64,000 nt of DNA from Octopus vulgaris (GCA_951406725.2 OX597821.1:21452001-21516000); one strand, 5' to 3'; positions 28,495 to 45,775 are shown, counted from the stretch's first letter. The notes: generated from the sequence alone by a model not told the origin. Program-made: numbers and translations.

Positions 28495-29673
28495 AGGGAC
28501 ACTAATAATAATATGTACAAGTGATTAAAGACAGGAACTGGTAAAGTTGTGCAGTTCTGGGGTTAGACGTATTAATAATTCATGAGGGGTACGCAGAACA
28601 GCGAAGATCTAATCAATGTAGTATCTATTAATTTTAAATATGTTCTGGCAGATTCGAACATGAATAACGTGATTGATTTTATTTGTTACTACAGGGCAGA
28701 TGTGTGCTCATAACATCAAATATTCACGTTCGAAATTACCCCGCACGATTCATTTATGTAAGAGCACTTGGATACAGGGAATCGAACAAGAGGACTGGCT
28801 CTTACTATAGAAATGAGCAATGTTTTTGCTGATGCGTGCTGGAGTCTGCCAAAATAGTAATAATATTTTAATAAAGATTTATTTAATTATTTTAATAGGA
28901 AATCTGAGACACAGTTCTTCTCCTTTTTGTCCTCCTTGTTTTTCTTGCTGCCATTATCGTCGTATTTTTTTTTTACACATCTCACCCCTGACCCAATCAA
29001 TACTCATATTATATCCATGATTTCTACTGGGTTTGTTTGTAAGACTTCCTGTTTAGCTTATATATTTTAGCTTAAAGATCTTTTAGGACAGATCATGTTT
29101 CCACAGTTGATTTTTTGATCGAATAATAGGGTACGGATGCCTTGAGGTGTGTTGATTGGATGTGACTGCATAGAAATACTATGTAGCAAGCTCGTGTACA
29201 GAAGCATGCATCAGAAGCTTTGCAGACAGAAAGAACAAACAACCTGTCTGTGAACTCGAGGATTGTGTGTACGATACTGATGAATCTTTGTCAATACGTC
29301 ACCGAGTGACCTTTTTATGCTTTCTACAACATTTGTGTGTGCGTCTGTGTGTGTCTATAAGTGTGGGTGTGTGTGCATGTGTCTGCACGTTTATGTGTGA
29401 TCATATCTGCAACAGTTCTATTTAGGTGAGAGCTACTTAACTATTTGTCAGTTAGGTACCTACTCGGAATTTTTACACGTTTTAAAAACTAATTAAGGCT
29501 GGGTTTTTTTTATATTCTAAATTACGATTATAGACTCTGTGAAGCGCAGTTTTCAATATTGTGTATGTGGAACCACAATGATGGATCATCTGATTTTGTG
29601 AGATCTAGTATTTGTAGTAAATTCGAAATTTTAAATTAAAAGCTCTACGAGACTAGAGAGGGTGACGTACATA

Positions 29674-29799
29674 ATCTAGCGGTTCTGCAACAGAAACCGA
29701 TAGTATAAGTACCACTTCTGAAAAAAAAAAAAATTAATCACTGTTGCCGATTCACTCAATTAAAAATTGAAAGAGGTGCTCCAGCATTGTCGCAGTCTC
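29674..29799 (+). mobile_element. SINE family A tail fragment
   Basis: tagcggttctgcaa.agaaaccgatag.ataagtac...ggtgctccagcat.gtcgcagtc. Confidence 0.65.
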
Positions 29800-30479
29800 T
29801 AGATATGTCAAAATATTCAGTTATCTGTCAGAAAAGATATGTTTGACATCAAAATTTAAAATTCGTTTGGTATTGAAGAAGGAGGTAGCTACAGTAAGTG
29901 AATATTAAAGGATATTTTAAGGAAACATTACTTGAATGAACATCATTTTCAAACTTTCGCGGAATAAACACATACACATATACATTCACTTATATAACGT
30001 ATTTATATAACACTTGAGAAAGTCTTTTGCCGAACGATTTTCAAGCGTTCATCAATTTTTTTCAATGAAATGACGTAATATTTTATTTTATTCCTCTTCT
30101 TTCCATTTCAGTAGAAAATATGAAAATTCTCTTTATCTGAATATGATTAAAGGAATAATCATATGAATTATTCTTACTAACCTTATTTGTATTACGAAAT
30201 ATTATTGACATCGTCAAAAAACAGTAGTGGGAGACCGGACTAACTTCCTCATAGTTATGCTCGCTGTTGTCCAACCGGTACCAACAAGTATGCAGTTAAA
30301 CGAAAGTAAATTTATAAATTCATTCACTTCAGTAAAGAGGCTACACTTAAACTCTTACCTCGGGCGAAAATCTCGTAACATAAAAAAACCCGCTAGGGGA
30401 GGCAGAGAGTAACTGTCGAAAACAACTTAAGCTGAAGTGTCGACATTAACAACAAAATTTACATAACCAACAGAATATG

Positions 30480-30980
30480 CGTCTGGATCCTCAGGACTGT
30501 TTAGTGTAGAGATGCTCATACAACTGCTCTTCTCTTCTCCACCTTGAGTGAGTGAGTGTTATATCGTTTATATGATATCGAAAATAGCCCGACAGCAGTA
30601 CCCACATGCTGTTGGCATCAACTTTAAAATTCACCCAAGGTTTTCCACCATGTCATCCGCCCGCTACAAAACTCATGCTTGCATTCCACCACAAAACTTA
30701 GTATATATCACATCAGCTGGCTCTTTAACATCATGCCAAGACACGCAAAAGAAGAAAAAGATTTCATAACATTCAGAAGGTTGCGGGATGAATACCACCA
30801 GCAAGTCCCAGATAAACTACCTAAGCCGTATACATCACAGCAAGCAATAACTCTTTGCTCGAACGGGCGCTGGTGTCAAAAGAATGGCTGTAATATGAAA
30901 CCTCATTTAAATGTATTTTCCAGGTGGTGTTAATAAGCTAATTATGGCCTTGACCACCTCAGACCGAAACTTATCAAAGT
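30480..30980 (+). mobile_element. Degenerate CR1/L2-group LINE ORF2 C-terminus and 3' tail
   Basis: Broken frames give GLFSVE, ECYIVYMISKI, GINFKIHPR, WLFNIMPRHAKEEKDFITFRRLRDEYHQQVPDK and SNNSLLE, resembling the CR1/L2-type ending (LFN.LP....FK..LD..L..IPD). Confidence 0.65.
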
Positions 30981-30982
30981 AC

Positions 30983-31487
<505 letters not shown>

Positions 31488-31517
31488 ATATATATATATA
31501 TACATATACGTGTATTT

Positions 31518-31632
<115 letters not shown>

Positions 31633-31641
31633 GTATATGTA

Positions 31642-31717
<76 letters not shown>

Positions 31718-31819
31718 AAGAAATACAGATACAGTTACGTCTGCATTGAACATGAAGCCATAATAAATCTTGTTGGTGTAGAATCAACTGAGAAGATTTA
31801 AACTCCGCGATACAGCTGC

Positions 31820-32519
31820 TCAATCTAGAGAAGGTGACCTTCTCCAATTCGCCAAAAGAAACTTGTCCGTATGTTTGTATTCGCTGACAATTTTTGATCT
31901 GAAATTCAGCAGTACATCTTGAAGGATATGCAATGTTTTAGCTAAGCTTAAGTAGCATTTCTTAGATACATTAACAAATGGTATGGATTTTTTTTTACGA
32001 TGTTCCACTTGATTGTATGTGGCATGCCCTTGGTCTTCAGACCCCATTCACGGCTTTATTTTTGTCCATGTCACGGAAAGGAGATAGATGGTTTGCATAG
32101 CATTTTTTGAAGTCACTTTTGCATAACCCGATATAATTTTTTCTTTTCGCCTAGATTCTGATTCTGTAACTTCTGTCTCATACAGCGGCGTTTATCGTGC
32201 ATGCCTGGCCAAATGGATAAACCCCAGGATCTCGGAAGTTACAACTGGGAGTGAGCTCTTGGTGGTGTTTAATTGTAATGTTGTTCTTCATACTGGGGTG
32301 TCAGCTACACGATAATTTAATTGCGCGTTTGTTAAAAGTTTTTCTGTACTTGTGATTTTCTAAGAAATGCTTCATCAATAGAAACAGGGTTCTCTTGTTA
32401 TCTAGCAAAAATGTAAATTATAAAAATAGACCTAAGCATAGACCAAGGAAAATAATTTGGTTCGTCCCCATTTCTCCCAAATTGTAAAAACAAAGGCAGA
32501 CAAGAGATTTCTTTCTATT
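31820..32519 (-). pseudogene. Degenerate Penelope-like GIY-YIG endonuclease region with inverted 5' segment
   Basis: Minus strand: KHFLENHKYRKTFNKRAIKLSCS, KNYIGLCKSDFKKCYANH (YIG), [47 protein letters not shown]. The upstream RKIIWF..FSQIVKTKADKRFLSI part lies on the plus strand at 32440-32519. Confidence 0.75.
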
Positions 32520-32891
32520 AGGTAAGCCATTTTGTGTGTGCAGTATATAAGTGTATATATATGCTTTGGGTTGTGTGTGCAGATGCTGATGGTGGTGTAG
32601 CGCAGTAATTTATATATTAGGGAGTGGTGCTAGGAAATGTTCGTACATGTATGCGTGTCTCTCTGTTTATGTGAGTGGATAACTGCTGAGTAGCTTTATT
32701 CTATTGCAGTATTGAGCACTAGATGGACGTGGAGTCGAGAGTCTAGGAGATGTATGTATGTGTGCATGTGTGTCACTGTATATCTACCGATGCGTTTAGG
32801 TATGTATACGAGTGTGTGTAAGGGCGTGTGTACGGGTGTGCGTGTGTGTGTGTTTTGCCCATCAGTGCGTGTGTTAGTGAGGATGTGGATT

Positions 32892-33045
32892 GTGGCTGTG
32901 TGGTAAGTAGCTTGCTTACCAACCACATGGTTCCGGGTTCAGTCCCACTGCGTGACACCTTGGTCAAGTGTCTTCTACTATAGCCTTGGGCCGACCAAAG
33001 CCTTGTGAGTGGATTTGGTAGACGGAAACTGAAAGAAGCCCGTCG

Positions 33046-33117
<72 letters not shown>

Positions 33118-33303
33118 CGTGTATGTTTGTGTGTCCGTGTTTGTCCCCCTAGCATTGTGTTTATGTCCCCGTCGCTAAGCTGTTCGGCAAAAGAGACCGA
33201 TAGAATAAGTACTAGGCTTACAAAGAATAAGTCCCGGGGTCGAGTTGCACCATTAAAGGTGGTGCTCCAGCATGGCCGCAGTCAAATGACTGAAACAAGT
33301 AAC
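32892..33303 (+). mobile_element. SINE family A, near full length
   Basis: A-box TGGCTGTGTGG, B-box GGTTCAGTCCC, core, internal (TA)n(TG)n, tail ccagcatggccgcagtcaaatgactgaaacaagtaa. Confidence 0.93.
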
Positions 33304-33351
33304 CAAGTACTTATATGCAAACTTGTGTGTATGTGACTCTCTGTGTGTGTA

Positions 33352-33386
<35 letters not shown>

Positions 33387-33642
33387 ATGTGTGTGTGTGT
33401 GTGTAGTGGTGTAACGTGGTTACATTTTCTGGGAGGCATAAATTCCTTAAATGTTATTATTGCATGCGCACATTACATGCACCTCTCCCAAATCGCACAC
33501 ACGTTTATAAACTTTTGGTTAATGAAATATTAACTTTCATTCGTTGTTAACCCCTTGATAAATAAAATCCTGCACTGTCTTATATGAAAGTTTGCGCTTG
33601 AAATATCATAATTATACTGATGATATTAAATTACGAACGATC

Positions 33643-33644
33643 AT

Positions 33645-33715
<71 letters not shown>

Positions 33716-33716
33716 T

Positions 33717-33804
<88 letters not shown>
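33643..33804. repeat. (ACT)n(AAT)n microsatellite
   Basis: Direct reading. Confidence 0.95.
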
Positions 33805-33805
<1 letters not shown>

Positions 33806-35039
33806 TGAAGAAGAAGATGAAGAAGAAGAAGATGATGATGATGATGGTGGTGGTGACAACGACGGTGCTGCTGATGATGGTGATGATGAATCCCATCACA
33901 TGATGTATCATTTGGTGAGTGGAAGAAATTAAGTAAGTAAAAGGATATAAAATATAGAATTAGAAATAACCTGAATGTGGTGCCACGAAAGAGAATCCAT
34001 CCTCATAATACCATGTGATTTAGGAATGATGAAAAATTATGCAGATATGTACAAAAGCACAATCGCATATCTTACAAATTTGCGTAACATAGGAAATAGC
34101 AGCGTTAGGCGGGGCACACATTATTTTATAATGGGCGAAGTTCCATACTGTAAAAATTATGAAATGCAAAATACATGGCACAGCATATACCAAAATCGCA
34201 GACAACAGTACACGGTAGTCCAGTGACTGAATAATAACGCGACCATTTCTATATTGCCCCAAATATTCCGGTTGATATGAGCATTAAAAGAATAATCTAC
34301 ACAAGATTTAACTGAGGGCAGTTCAAGGAACCCGAAGGTCTAAGAGCTACTTTCACCTACGTATCCACGAATTAATTAGCTGGAAAATAACACTTCCCTC
34401 TTAAACATCCATTTCCACTCTATGCTGATCTTGTAAAAGTCGATGAGGACTTCACCAAAAACGAACGTTTCTTTGACAGTCATTTAGGCAGCATCTACAG
34501 TATTTCTTTCGCAATAGTCACTGGGTAAATAAAGAGGAAAATATTGTGTTCTAGCGACCACTGTGAAATCAGAGCCCTGAAACCTGCTCTGAAAGTGAAC
34601 ACGGATTCAGACATGTTAACCGTCTTCGAATCAACATGTGTGTGGAATCAACTATTTTGTTGACCTGCACACACTAGGCTCAGGATGGGTTGCTGGTATT
34701 CCTATATGTGTAGCGAAAAATAAGAATAATTATTATGATAATTTGAAGTATAGAAAAGAATATTAATACGTATTAAGATATTTACTTTTATAATCAATGG
34801 CATCCGAATTTAAGCGTGTAATAGTATAATGTTAGGAATCGTAATAGTTTCACACACGGTCAAGTTGCTCGTGCAACATCGATACCTCAACATCCACTAC
34901 TAACGATATGTCCTTGAACATCATAAATTTATACCTCATGGATACATATCTATGTGTGCGTGTGTGCGCGCGCATGTGCGTGTATCGTTCCCTCTGTCTC
35001 TGTCTCTCAATCTTTCTCTCTTTCTCTTCCTCTCTCTCT

Positions 35040-35080
<41 letters not shown>

Positions 35081-35528
35081 AATATTTCTAAATACACATA
35101 GATATATGGACATACATACACTCACACGCATACACTCACACACAGACACACACATATATATGCATGTATGTGAGGATGTATGTATATATACGTATCTATG
35201 GACGTACGTATTTATGTTTGCCCGCATGTATGTGCTCGAACGTTGAAACGACGGATTTTAATAACGTTTACAAGACATCGCACCGTAATCACTGACATTG
35301 CAAAAGACTTGCAGCAGAGAAAACCAATATCTCTACCTCACATTCCCGTTGACAGCGGTAGCGAGTGTTATTAATACGCCATATTTGGTGATATTAACCT
35401 GTGGAGAAAATCGATATACAAGCTTAATGCATGTACCTGTGCATATGTATCTCTCTTTATGCAAGTAATTTTAATATGTGTGTGTATATATGTATACCTG
35501 TATATGTGTGTGCGTGTATATATATATG

Positions 35529-35575
<47 letters not shown>

Positions 35576-35688
35576 CACACATATACATAAAAAACATCAA
35601 CAAACACACACATATATGTAGACATGAGATATATATATCTATAGATAGAGATACACATTGATACATGTGCATGTATTTACACGCATAT

Positions 35689-35853
<165 letters not shown>

Positions 35854-36643
35854 ATATATATTTATATACAATCATATATGTGTATTTTTGCGTGACGTGT
35901 TTTTATGTGTAAGTCTGAGTGTTCTCCTGAAAACTTACTACGATATCCGAATAAGTATGTAGTGAAAAATAAATTACGGAGTTCATTTTACTTCCTTGGG
36001 CGCCATTTTATAAACGCTGTTCACTTTGAAATACGGAAAAAATGTTCCTTAAATGTTTTAAAGTAATTGCTTTACTTAGACATGTATCTCTATCAGAATA
36101 TGCATACACGTAAACATTACCAACCATTTGTGTATATGTGCGTATCTGCATGTGTGTTACAAACCAAAGAATTGAGCATGCAAACTTTATATTTATTAAA
36201 AATCGTTCTATTGCGTCTTGGAAATTTAGACGCACACGGTACATCTTCTATCTGGAGCGTATGTTTTCGTAAATTGTAGAAGCAATATCCGCAGTACAGC
36301 TAACAGGCTAATTGTCCTTGCTGGTAGCTTACACGTTGTTCGAATATGGGTCAAATTCATATCATCTTCCAACAGAGTTAACAAGCTGCGTGGGTCATCT
36401 TCTCCATAATGACTACAATTTTGGATTGAGTAGGTCCTCTTACACTACCGTAGCTCAGTTTGCAGTCATAGAATTTCTTTAGCATGTCACCTGTTTTCAG
36501 CAATAAAGTTCGTCCTAGCAAACAAAATTCTGACAGGCATTTCACCATTTACCAATATAGTCTGTTATATAGTACAGAATATGATCTTAAGCAAAACACA
36601 GAATGCAAAATGATCAGATTTATCATTCGCACATGCACATACA

Positions 36644-36694
<51 letters not shown>

Positions 36695-36710
36695 TATGTA
36701 TGTATGTAAA

Positions 36711-37937
36711 AGGTGGTGTCAAAAATTTCTCGGACTAGTTTTGTGGCGCGCCAACGGATGGCAGCTCAAGGTCGTATTAACAGTGAGAGCTACCAGAGCC
36801 CGTCATCAGATAGTGTGCTGAGTGATATTGCTGTGCTTACTACGTAAATTATGAAAATTGTGATTTTGTAATTACGCATAGGAGTGGCTGTGTGGTAAGT
36901 AGCTTGCTTATCAACCACTTGGTTCCGGGTTCAGTCCCACTGCATGGCACCTTGGGCAACTGCCTTCTGCTATAGCCTCCGGCCGACCAAAGCCTTGTGA
37001 GTGGATTTGGTAGACGGAAACTGAAAGAAGCCCGTAGTATATATATATATATATATAAATATATAAGTATGTGTGTGTATATGTTTGAGTGTCTGTGTTT
37101 ATCCCCCTAACATCGCTTGACAACCGATACTGGTGTGTTTACGTCCCCGTAACTTAGTGGTTCGGCAATGAGACCGATAGAATAAGTTCTAGTTTTACAA
37201 CGAATAAGTCCTGGGATCGATGTGCTCGACTAAAGGTGGTGCTCCAGCATGGCCACAGTCAAACGACTGAAACAAGTAAAAAAAAAAGGTGTATACAGTG
37301 GTCTACGATTTTGTCATGGAGAGGAACAAAGAGCGGGAAATTTTGCGTTAAACATGGGAAGTCAACAGCAGAGATATTGAGCATGCTTCGGCAAACTTAC
37401 GGTGATGAGGTAATAGCTCATACGCAACGTTTCAGGTAGCACGAGTGCTTCAAAAGCAGAAAAATATCCCTGGAGGACAATGAGTGATCCGGAAAACTTG
37501 ACACTAGCAGCATCCCCGCAAAAGTGTAATCTGCATCGAGAAATCGTGACCCAGGGCCAGACAGCCAATCAGGAGTTCGACTGCGACGTTTTGAAATGTT
37601 TGAGATAGGACATTCGGCTAAAACGACCGGATCTGTGGGGCGCAAAGAATTGTATCCTGCATCGAGCTCTCCTAATTCATGAGTTTCTCGCCAAAAACAA
37701 CATGGTATCACTTCTGCACCCGCCATATTCGTCTGATTTAGAACCTGTGGACCTCGATCTCTTCCCCAAGATGAAAATGCAGCACAAAGGTCGGCGTTTT
37801 AATTGCAATTGTGGCAGGGACACTGGGACCGGTGTATTGTTTGTACAAGATGAATATTTTGAAGGAGATGATATGAAAACTTAGTTACATAAGTTGTTTT
37901 GTATTAAAAATTGTCAGGGAGTCTTTTGATACCACCT
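36711..37937 (+). mobile_element. Internally deleted mariner element with both TIRs and a nested SINE
   Basis: Left end aggtggtgtcaaaaa, right end ttttgataccacct. Transposase relics KFCVKHGKSTAEILSMLRQTYGDE and HPPYSSDLEPVDLDLFPKMK. Confidence 0.85.
36875..37287 (+). mobile_element. SINE family A nested in the mariner
   Basis: Full head, core and tail. Confidence 0.92.
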
Positions 37938-38042
37938 AGAAAAATGAGTGTGTATGTGCACGTGTGTTTGCGTGCGTGTTCGTGTGTGTGTGTGCGTGTG
38001 TATTGTTTGTGTGAAAGAGATAAATGATTATTATTATTATTA

Positions 38043-38113
<71 letters not shown>

Positions 38114-38115
<2 letters not shown>

Positions 38116-38147
38116 ATAGTTTTATTTTTATAGCGTGCTTTCACTTC
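38114..38147 (-). mobile_element. Extreme 3' tip of R4/Dong-like family 2 next to (TTA)n
   Basis: caatagttttatttttatagcgtgctttcacttc is near-identical to 46366-46399. Confidence 0.7.
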
Positions 38148-38960
38148 CGATTAGATTTTGGGATCGATCCGGTACCGGACAAAGATTCTAAATTATTTGT
38201 TATATTTACTTTACATGACGCATTACGATCTAGCTTTGACTTTCAAGTCTTTCTTTGAAAAATCCTCATAGTTACCACGTAAGTTATGGCAGCATTGCAG
38301 TTTGCAAAGTTTCATTATCGTTTCCTGATTACCAGTTTTACTCGCATCTCTGTCTTAGTAGACAGATGGATAAAGAAATCAGCTACATAAACAAACGGCA
38401 GCAAAAGCGTTTAGAAATTAAATAACGCTAACATATTCAGTGAAAATAATAAATTTAATTTATCCTCGATAATTTTTAATTTTACCAATTTTGAATATAT
38501 CGCTCCAGTTTAAAGCCTCTTACCTATTTCATAATTGCATTTCTAGCTCTGCCTGGAAGGAAGCTTTACTTCTTGGACTCACATTTCTTTTGTGCAACAG
38601 CGCCGTATAGAGGTCCTTTCCATTTTTTTTCACGCAAAAAAATGAATATTCTACTGCAGAACTTTTAGGTCGCAAAGACAGTGGATAGACTAAAAAAGCC
38701 ATCATAAAGAAAACTGCCCCTGTTCTCACTGCAGACGACATACACACAGCATTACAAACACCACCTACACGCCCACTTTCACATTCCATGACTCCATTGG
38801 ACAAGAATTTTGGATTATTTTTCCGTTTATTTTGCTTAATTTTTCAGAGCGCTCGAGTTCAATTTTAGTATTCTCTCTTGTGAGACCAGTCGAGTTTTAA
38901 AAATCATATCCAGCTAATCATTGAGAGTTGCTGCTTGGCGGAGGTTTGCGCTAAGTGCTC

Positions 38961-42698
<3,738 letters not shown>

Positions 42699-42747
42699 AT
42701 TATTATTATTATTGTTATCATTATTATTATTATTATTATTATTATTA

Positions 42748-42959
42748 GACGGTGAGCTGGCAGAATTGTTAGCATACTGGGCAAAAATGGTTAGTGGCAT
42801 TTCATCTATTTTTAAGCCTTTTTGAGTTCAAATTCTGCCAAGGTTGACTTTGCCTTTCATCCTTTCGGGTTGATAAAATTACACATTTGAACACTGGGAT
42901 CAATGTAATTGACTTACCCCTCCCTCAAAATATCTGACCTTTGCGTCAAAATTCAAAAC

Positions 42960-42960
<1 letters not shown>
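42748..42960 (+). mobile_element. SINE family B variant with strong CpG decay
   Basis: acggtgagctggcagaattgttagcatactggg...gagttcaaattctgccaaggttgactttgcc; most CpGs present in the 1516 and 11202 copies are TG/CA here. Confidence 0.85.
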
Positions 42961-43008
<48 letters not shown>

Positions 43009-43143
43009 GTTTTTTTTTGTTTTTGTTTTTTTTCAGTATCTTGATCTTTTCTTACAATAACCTAACTAGGAGATTGTTTCAAAAGTTTTAGGATTGATAC
43101 AAATCTACAGTACCTAAATTTAGGAAACAACGACATATCATAC

Positions 43144-43276
43144 CTGCCAGCAGACTCCACGCAATGTTTCTCATTGTCAGAAAGGGTTAGCATTCTGGCG
43201 CCCAGCCCAACTTTTACCACTTGAAATTCATTTCTTATGCACTCAACACTATCATATTAGAATCAATAACCAGTAA
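43144..43276 (-). pseudogene. Candidate orphan host exon (one frameshift)
   Basis: Acceptor atttcttccag, donor cag|gtatga. With one base added it reads LLVIDSxYDSVECIRNEFQVVKVGLGARMLTLSDNEKHCVESAG. Protein not recognised. Confidence 0.45.
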
Positions 43277-43317
43277 CTGGAAGAAATATTAATACATTTC
43301 TTTTTAAATACAGACAC

Positions 43318-43449
43318 AGGTGCAGGTGGGGCTGTGTAGTTGAGAAGTATGCTTCTAGCCATGTGGCTTAGAGGTCAGGTGTCACTTACTATATCTCCAA
43401 ATTGACCAAAGTCTTGTGAGTGGATTTCAGTGGATGGAACTGGAAGAAG
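43318..43449 (+). mobile_element. Old SINE family A head/core fragment
   Basis: aggtgcaggtggggctgtgtag...gaccaaagtcttgtgagtggattt..ggaactggaagaag. Confidence 0.6.
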
Positions 43450-43540
43450 TATGTATGTATGTATGTATGGATGGATGTGGCTGGATGGATGGATTGATGG
43501 ATGGATGGATGGATGCATGCATGCATGCATGCATGCATGA

Positions 43541-44464
43541 CTTTTTCTTTGAGTTTAATTTAAGTTCTGCTTCAGAGAGTCTGGGCTAGTCACTAACAAA
43601 GTGACAAGACTTTTTGAGTAAAGAGAGTCCCCCGGTGTTTGTGAATGTGTGTTTGAGTTAGTGTGTTGGTTGAACTGTTGATGCATACACCAAAGTATCT
43701 GCATCTCACATGGAGCAATTTTGGAATGTCTTACAAATCTTCACTGTGCCATTAACAGATTAGGCGCAGGAGTGGCTGTGTGGTAAGTAGCTTGCTTACC
43801 AACCACATGGTTCCGGGTTCAGTTCCACTGCATGGCACCTTGGGCAAGGGGGTCTCCCTACTATAGGCCTCGGGCCGACCAAAGCCTTGTGGAGTGGATC
43901 TGCAGACGAAAACTGAAAGAAGCCGATTGTATATATGTATGTATATGTATAAATCCTTAAAATCCTTAAAAATGTTTTAGCCCCGAAGGCCGCGGCCATG
44001 CTGTATGTTTGTGTGTCTGTGTTTGTCCCCCCCAACATCGCTTGACAACCAATGCTGGTGTGTTTATGTCTCTGTAACTTAGCAGTTCAGCAGAAAAGAC
44101 CAATAGAATAAGTACTAGGCTTACAAAGAATAAGTCCTGGTTTGATTTGCTCGACTAAAGGCGGTGCTCCAGTATGGCTGCAGTCAAATGATCAAAACAA
44201 GTAAATAAAAGATTGGATTTTGGAGAATCCACATCAGTTTCCTTTGCTCTTTTTTTGTGAAACTAAGTGGCACATAGCCTCACTGCATCTATGATGATGG
44301 GTACAAATGAGAATTCATAGCCAGGGTACACGCAGCTGTAAGTTCTGCTTTAATATGCCATAAATGTTCTCTTTTTCTTTGGACTTTCAAAACTGCACAT
44401 TCACGTCTGCTGGGCAGCTAACCTCTCCTCCCCACAACAGTGCATGACTTTGTTCCCTGTCCCA
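43541..44464 (-). mobile_element. 5'-truncated RLE non-LTR element (R4/Dong-like family 3) between CATA-type repeats, split by a SINE
   Basis: Minus strand: WDRE..EVSCPADVNV..KEKENIYGILKQNLQL/YPGYEFSFVPIIIDAV, resuming after the SINE as QSVNGTVKICKTFQNCSM* (stop at 43706). Confidence 0.72.
43763..44210 (+). mobile_element. SINE family A, CpG-decayed, containing an inverted 53-bp insert
   Basis: Full head, core and tail; short agatt duplication at the flanks; insert at 43951-44003. Confidence 0.9.
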
Positions 44465-44917
44465 TATGTATGTATATAGTGCGTATGTATGTGTATGTAT
44501 GTATGTATGTATGTATGTATGTATGTATGTATGTATGCATGCATGCATGTATGTATGTAGCAGCAGCAGCAGCAACTGAATCCTTACCGCTGTCTTGGGC
44601 GACAAGGAGACGACTTTATATCTAGCATGGGCCGCCTACGTGCAGGTCGCTGACTACATGCTTCCAACCCGTCAAGTCTGCATGCTTCACCACCTTCCCA
44701 TCGCCGCAGGACTTCCGAATATAAAATATATATATATATATATATATATACATAGCCTCAGTCCAATGGCTGAAGCAAATAGGATTAGAATAACATAAAC
44801 TTTGCAACGAAGAACTATCTCACATATTATACACTCTCGGTATTATTTCATTTTTTGAAATTTTGTTTGTTTGAGATTACAGTACACAATATAACATCAA
44901 CTTTATATGCAATTCTT

Positions 44918-45775
44918 GGTATTGGTTGAGGAGACGGACGTTTTTAAAATGGTTATTACTTAGCCCAGGGGAAGGGACACATGTCCGACAGCTACCATTC
45001 GAGCCGAGGTGTCTTAGAATTTGTTTTACTTTTCAGGTGAAGCCATGGCGCTGTGGGCCTTAGAGCACCGCGTGTTTGCCTACAACAGTTACGCGAAGAA
45101 TAACGAGTCTAACACAGCAGTTCACCGAAATCAGGATGTTTCTACTCGTAACACAATTTTACGTTGGGTGAATGCACTTCGTACACGAGGTACACTAAGG
45201 AATAGGAGACTGGTGGAGGCGCCAAGAACGGTACGGACCCCGGAAAATGTGGAACGCGTCAGACAAGCAACAGACGTTGCATCGGTAATCGATTAGTAAG
45301 GTGTATTTTGCATGAAGACTTGCATTTCTACCCGGTCCACACAACCAGAGCATCAACACACGTACTTCACCCTTTCTTCGGTGACCACCTCATTTCCAGG
45401 TTTGCTGACATTCCACGATGCTTTTCGATCTCCTGATTTGTCCATGGGTGATTAATTCTTGTGGGGAAACCTCAAAGCACATGTGCATGCATATAAGCCC
45501 CCGGACACTGGACGATCTGAAGGAAGCTAATCGCGTGGAAGTCGCCCAGATCGACAGAGCAATGCTGCGGAGAGTGGAGGTCAACTTCCAAGAACGCCTT
45601 TAAAAATGCATCAATGAAACCAGACGCCACATGATGGATGTTGTTTGCCACGCTTACTTTTGACAAATGCCAATTCAATACGAACACATTGATGTCAATA
45701 AAATTTCTTTGCAGCTCAAATTAATGATTATGTGAATTTTTTAAAAACACCCGCCGTCCTCTCTACCCCACCCTG
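44918..45775 (+). mobile_element. Degenerate IS630-Tc1-mariner element (DUF4817-type N-terminus)
   Basis: RNTILRWVNALRTRG..PRTVRTPENVERVRQA; LWGNLKAHVHAYKPRTLDDLKEA..NFQERL; right end caccctg followed by TA. Confidence 0.8.

Noticed and set aside
29276-29302. CTGATGA hammerhead-like core
   Set aside because: No GAAA and no convincing stems.
34230-34445. Possible ancient LINE RT traces (TISILPQIF, YADLVKVD)
   Set aside because: Too degenerate to support by eye.
38529-38804. 91-aa ORF
   Set aside because: No homology recognised and no splice signals.
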